A stretch of 64,000 bases of DNA from the human T2T-CHM13v2.0 reference genome, Homo sapiens, in assembly GCF_009914755.1 (NCBI RefSeq), contig NC_060947.1, one strand, 5' to 3'. Shown here piece by piece: positions 56,655-64,000 of the stretch. Positions within the stretch are counted from its first letter, which is position 1. Every line of letters begins with the position of its first letter. Under the pieces are notes generated by a model, which ran no database searches, had not been told where the DNA came from, and saw only the letters and a program-made list of their open reading frames with translations. Made by a program: the position numbers and the translations under genes.

Positions 56655-59569
56655 ACTGTGTATATGACCCTAGCCTCACTCCTCTTCACCCCCAAAATTT
56701 GTCTACAAACTTTCTCTTCCTAGGCCCCATCCTGTTCTTTGGCTTCCTAGCCCACTGTCTTCATATTCACTCTTAGGCCTAGACAAGATGGCTGGGCTAT
56801 TCTTACCAGATTATAGGGATTTGTTAATATATATACCTTTATCCCTAACCTTACCAGAGTGTGCATATCTTAAATTGTGATATCTTTGTCTTTATAACTC
56901 TAGTGCCTAACACTATATCCAGCACATGTAGAATTTAATTATATGAGTTTTTGTGCTTGGGAGGCATTTCTTTCCCTAATTTTTCCATCAATTTCTTATT
57001 CTCATATATTAAGATTCTTTGGTAAAATCTTCCCCAACTGCCTCACACTGAAGGAAGCACTTCCTGCCCTATGAACCCATGAAGACCCTGAGCATACTCA
57101 CTTCTTGAATTCCACTTATCATATTGTCAAGTATTTACTGCTCTGCTTTTCTATTTTCTATATTGAATCAACTCCTCAAAGGGACAGATTTTGCTGTATT
57201 CCATTTTGTTTGTCCCAGGCTGTAGCAGAGCTCCTTACATATAATAGACATTGTTGAATGAATAGGGAGAGCAGAAGGATATTATAGGTTTTGCTGGGAG
57301 TTCATGCCTCTTGTGTCTCCCACATTAAACAAATTTGTGCAATCTCTATTAGGGACAAAAAAGAAATAGCAACCACAAAACAAAATATATATAGTGGCTG
57401 AAAACCACGTATTTAAGGCAGAAAGTCCTTTGCTTTGATCTTACCTTTGAAAAGCTACAGACCACCAGCTTACTGAAATTAGCCTCCTAGACTGGAATTG
57501 AGCTATAGGGCTATATGGCTACTACAAACTCCAATATATTCATTTATGTATTATTTCAGAAAAGAATTAGATAGGTATGTGAAATAAAAAAAGTTTGGTG
57601 ACCACAAGTTTAGACTCCAGTCGAGGTCCACCGGTCATATCATAATGTCCCTCCGTCCATTTGGCCGTCCATATATAGAATTTTTAATACTGTCTCCATA
57701 AAATATTCTTAAATAATACACAGCAAGTCAGAAATTTGTCTTGAAATAACTGAGGACTCATCTCTTCAAGTTTCGCAAGGACATATTTATACTTGGCACA
57801 TACTATAAATAACAGCTGGTAATTTTGCCACAGCCATTTTTCACTCACTTCAACTTTTTCCCACATTTATTCTTCTGCCCGTGTTCAGTCTCATTTAAAC
57901 TTGAGTACCATTTTAGAGTTTTCACTAGGTCATGCCTATTGACTTATTCAGTGTTTCAAATCCTCTTTCTAACACATCATAAAGGGAGTTATAGATGGCT
58001 ACTTATATACAATTAATTTTTATAAGAATGTACATACTCTTAGGCAAAAATACAGATTGTTTACAGTAAACTGAAGAGATAGATTTGGGCCCTACAGACC
58101 TCAAGAAAAAGTAGAGATACTAGTTGTAGAAAGAAAGTTCTGAAGGAACCATCGAGTCTGTAGAGATGAACAAAGAAAAAGCATGTGCCATGCTTTGGAA
58201 CCTTCGATCTTGTGAAATGGATGGAAAAAAATGTAAAAATAAATATGAGAGCCTGGAGTCTGGGAGGAGTGCATCAAAGAGGTATGAACTGAAGAGTAGA
58301 GGAGTAAAGGAAAAGTAAGCATTAATTCTGATAGGGAGCTTCACAAATTCATGTAGAAACTTCACACAGAAAGTGAATTTAAGTAGGGTGCAAAGGCATC
58401 CCAGAGTTCAGGGAAAGCCCAAATTATGGAACAGTGCCAAGAAAGTTGTAGGAATGGTGAGCCATGGCTTACTCATTTTGCTTCTCTCCTTCTGCTGTCC
58501 TCACCTTTGGCCCATTCCTAGGCAAGTAGCCCAGGAAACTATTTCTCTAGTATTTGCACCACATACTGTGCATTATTTCATTATCGTTATTATCACATGA
58601 TTTTTTTTCTTTATTAGTCTAACAGCTCCATGTGGGCTAGAACCAGGTCTTTTTATTTTGTATGCCTAAAATCTATCCTAAGGCAAACACTCAATAAATA
58701 TTACAGGAGCTGAGGTATTAGGATAATGTACAAAAATGGGTTTAGAAATAGAAAGAAAATTTGATGACATAAATCCAGAAGTCTTTGAATACTAGTCTAA
58801 AATTGATCTAACTCTCTAACAATAACAGGAAGATATACTAATAATAGCTTCTGTTGTTATACCAGAATCGTCATATAATTTATTTCATCTTCACAACCAC
58901 CCTGTTAGGTGGGCATTATCATCTCCATTTTGCAGATTTTGAAACCAAGGTTAGAGAGAACAAGTCTGGTAACTTGCCTAAGGTCATTGAGAACCACATG
59001 GTATGTCACAAGCACTGTTCAAGATGCTGCAAATAAATTAGTCAGCAAGACATACAAGTTCCTCATACTCCCTGAGCTTATGATCTAGTTGAGTGAGACC
59101 AACTTTACACAAAACCACCAAAAGATAAATAAGAAAATTTATACATGATGATAAATGGCCTGAAGTAGAGTAAAACAAACTAATATGATTGGGAATTGCT
59201 GGGCATCATGTGGAAGAGTTTGCCTTACTCAATGGATCATGATATTCCCAATATAACATTCTGATCCTGTGTTACTCAGAGAATGAAAGTGATCAAACAT
59301 AAGTTTTGGAAAAATAAATAGTGGTAAAACAGAGGATTATTAGGCAACAGTATTGATTAGGAAAAAAGTAAAGATCAGCCAAAATGAAGCTTTGGAAGGT
59401 GAATGAACAGAAGCAATTGTTGTGAAAGAAAACAGTGACATGTTCTGTGGATAAAATGATTTAATAAAAGAATATGGAGGAGGGTGGAGGCAACTATGAT
59501 GATGATGTGATGATATTGATGCTAATAACAATAATGACTTGTCTTGAGCATTTACTCAGTACATGCCCA

Positions 59570-60160
59570 AGATTACACAGGTGTCCTTGATGGAAAGTTA
59601 ATTTTTAATCACTTTGAGAATTTCTGCAGAGTGTGGGACTCTCATTACAAAGTATCCAATATGATTTTGGGTGATAGTCAAGATAATTTTAAATTGTACT
59701 GTAAAGGGCATTGAAGAATATAACTATGACATAGAAAAAAAAGCTGTTCCCATTTTAAATCTCTTTCAGTCCTTTTAATTATGTCAAGAAGAAATTCTCA
59801 ATTTGAGCTATTTGAGCTATTTTGACTTAACACCTCTCTAACATTTGCTAATCTCCTTTTTTTAAACAAAGAGTGAGCAGGCCTTATGTTCAGAGCCTTC
59901 GGCAGCCAGCAATATCTAGCTGAAATTTAAAAGTTTATTTTCATTGAATTTATTTTTACAGTTACCCTCTATTTATGGTCAATGATACTAGTGTACCCAC
60001 TTACGGTAGTGACATATCCTCAACTTTTATGATACATTTATTTAAGTAAAAGAGTGAGTGGATTTAAAGGAAACATTAAAGATGTAACAATGTAGTTAAT
60101 TTGAATATGTAGCAAAAATGTAGAAGGTGATAGAAGACTACAGTTTGACAATATTATGGT
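59570..60160. mobile_element. Charlie4-like hAT fossil
   Basis: cagagccttcggcagccagcaatatctagct; ttaagtaaaagagtgagtggatttaaag; family call tentative. Confidence 0.45.
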
Positions 60161-60422
60161 AAGTTACAAAAGCCACCTGGAATTGAGTGAAAGCTGAGAG
60201 GTTTTGAATCACTCTTACTGAAAAGACTGTGTGGTCACTTAGTGATCCCCAGGAGACTGGGTCTCTGGATAAGTTAGGAGGTCATAGACTATGACAGATT
60301 TTGCTTTATGCATGTTAAATTGTAAATGCCAGATGCAAGTAAAATATCCTCAAGAGGTCTGGCATCCAGTGGTACATTCAAGATGGACATTTGAACCTAG
60401 ATCTGAACTAAGCGTATAGGTC

Positions 60423-60928
60423 TGTATTCATTTTCTATTGCTAGATAACAAATTACTGCACAGTTAGCAGCTAGAATCTACACAAATTTATTACCTCACA
60501 GTTCTGAATGTCAGGAGTCCAGATGGACTTTTCTGCTGGGGTTTTTAGAAGGCCGAAATCAAAGGGGGGTATTTTCTGGAGGCTCCAGGGAAGAATCTGC
60601 TTCCAACATCCTTCATGTTGTTGGCAGAATACAATTTCTTATAGGACTGAAGTTTCCATTTTCCTCCCTCACATTGAATTCTTCTCACATTTTAAATTTC
60701 TCGGACTTCTTTACTGCTACCACCCAGAGAAAACTCTCTGCTTTTAATGGGTTCAAGTGACTAGCCCAGGCCCATCCAGATAATCTCCCTATTTTAAGGT
60801 CAACTCATTAGTAACCCTAATTACATCCACAAAATCTCTTTTGCTATGTAACCTAACATAATCATGGCTGTAACATGAGGAGAGTGGGTAGAGATAAGGG
60901 GAACCATCTTATAGTTCTGCTTACCACA
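60423..60928 (-). mobile_element. MLT1D/E-like LTR
   Basis: tgtattcattttctattgct...taatctccctattttaaggtcaact...ctgcttaccaca. Confidence 0.85.
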
Positions 60929-61339
60929 GCAGTCTTCTGTATAAAAATGTATTCATGTAATTATTTATTCATTCAGCAAACATTTACTGAGTATCTATTA
61001 CATTACAAAGCAGTTTGGTAATCATTTGTGTATTGAACCATGGAATAATGTCTCTCATACCTTTGATGTGGAACATTCAAGCAAATGTTCTTGACAAGGG
61101 AATAGGAGTGGGGCACTGAGAGTATCTGCTCTAATGTACTCCTTGTACCACTCCGATGCACATGTGCCTCCATTAAGTTTATTCTTTCCTGGCATTGCTT
61201 CTTCAAGAAAGTGGCCAGTAATCATTCCTTTTAAAAAATAGAAATAAAGTTTTTAACAGGTATATCATACTGCTGCAGTTGATTTTGAAGCCAGAATCAA
61301 CATTCTTTGTTTTCCTCCTCCATCAGCCATTTCAGATTC

Positions 61340-62520
<1,181 letters not shown>

Positions 62521-62542
62521 GCCTTCTCTTGGATGGAAAGGG

Positions 62543-63010
62543 TTGTGAGTGAGCTGAATAATGGCCCCCAAAGATATCAGGTCCGAATCCCTGTGAACTG
62601 TAAATGTTATATTATAAAAAGGGTCTTTGTAGATGTGATTAAGTAAGGATATTGAGATGGGGAGACAATCTTGACTTATTCAGGTGGCCCCCTAAATGCA
62701 ATCACACCTGATAAGACAGAGACAGAGGGACATTTGACACAGACAGAAGAAGAGAAGGCATTGTGTTTGGAGTGATGTGGCCACAAACCAAGGAATGCTG
62801 GAAGCCACTAGAAGCTGTAAGAGGCAAGGAAAGAATTCTCCTCTAGAACCTCTGGAGGGAGCACAGCCCTGTTGACACGTTGGATTTGGCTCAATGGTAC
62901 TGATGTCAGATATCTGGCCTCCAAAACTGTGAGAGAATAAATATTTGTTGTTTTAACTCACCAAATGTGACTGGTTATTTGTTAAAGCAGTCATAAGAAA
63001 CTAATTAGAG
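62543..63010 (+). mobile_element. MLT1C/D-like LTR
   Basis: ctgaataatggcccccaaagatatc...ctggcctccaaaactgtgagagaataaat. Confidence 0.88.
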
Positions 63011-63070
63011 GGGTGTAATGTAATCTACTTGCCACTAAGTGGCTGGTTATGCCCCTTCAAGTAAGGTACC

Positions 63071-63426
63071 TGTGTCAGTCCATTTTCACACTGCTATAAA
63101 GAACTGCCTGAGACTGGGTAATTTATAAAGAAAGAGGTTTAAGTGACTCATAGTTCTGCATGGCTGGGGAGGCCTCAGGTAACTTACAATCATACATAAG
63201 GCACATCTTATGTGGTGGCAGAAGAGAGAGGGCGTGCAGGGGAAACTGCCACTTTTGAAACCATCAGATCTCATGAGAACTCACTCATTATCATGAGAAC
63301 AGTGTGGGGGAAAGCACCCCCATGATCCAATCACCTCCCACCAGGTCCTTTCTTTGACACATGGGGATTAAGGGGATTACAATTCGAGATGAGATTTGGG
63401 TGGGAACACAGAGCCAAACCATATCA
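63071..63426 (-). mobile_element. THE1D/MSTA-like 3' LTR
   Basis: Minus strand starts TGATATGGTTTGGCTCTGTG. Confidence 0.92.
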
Positions 63427-64000
63427 TTCTGCCCCTGGCCCCTCCCAAAGCTCACATTCTTTTTACATTTCAAAACCAATTATGCCTTCCCAACAATCCG
63501 CCAAAGTCTTAACTCATTCCAGCATTAACTCAAAAGTCCAAGTCCAAAGTCTCATCTGAGACAAGGCAAGTCCCTTCCACCTAGGAGTCTATAAATTCAA
63601 AAGCAAGTTAGTTACTTCCAATATAAAATGGGGGAACAGGCATTGGATAAATGGTCCCATTCCACATGGGATAAATTGGAAAAACAAAGGGGCTATCGGC
63701 CCCATGCAAGTCTGAAACCTAGCAGGGCAGTTATTAAATCTTAAAGCTCTGAAATAATCTCATTTGACTCTATGTCTCATATTCAGTACATGCTGATGCA
63801 AGGGGTGGGATCCCACGGCCTTGGGCAGCCCCTTCACAGGCTGGTGTTGAGTGCCTGTGGCTTTTCCAGGCACACAGTGCAAGCTATCAGTGGATCTACA
63901 ATTCTGAGGTCTGGAGGATGGTGGCCCTCTTCTCACAGCTCCACTAGGCACTGCTCCAGTGGGGACTCTGTGTGGGGGCTCCAACCCCACATTTCCCTTC
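63427..64000 (-). mobile_element. THE1/MST internal sequence, continues beyond window
   Basis: PPT-like GGGGCCAGGGGCAGAA next to the LTR; ORF 63760-63990 GLEPPHRVPTGAVPSGAVRRGPPSSRPQN typical of MaLR-int. Confidence 0.92.

Overview
Primate (human-like) genomic DNA: AT-rich, repeat-dense and apparently intergenic or intronic. No host protein-coding exon, CpG island or RNA gene can be supported. Most of the supplied ORFs are chance read-throughs of Alu, L1 or LTR sequence. The main feature is a defective HERV-H provirus on the minus strand (~8565-13857), with two LTR7-family LTRs, a perfect tRNA-His PBS and gag/pro/pol/env remnants. The rest is ~20 Alus (many with visible TSDs), old L1M fragments, MaLR/ERVL/ERV1 LTRs and hAT/Tc-mariner fossils. 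The most unusual observations are: (1) a three-junction deletion-inversion-deletion rearrangement inside HERV-H pol; (2) discordant poly(A)-signal blocks and a missing U5 end/TSD between the two LTRs; (3) two short locally templated insertions. One is a 251-bp inverted copy of unique flank plus half an Alu dropped into an LTR16; the other is an ~85-bp copy dropped into a MADE2. I found no evidence for a new gene system. Subfamily names come from recalled consensus features and need RepeatMasker/Dfam confirmation.
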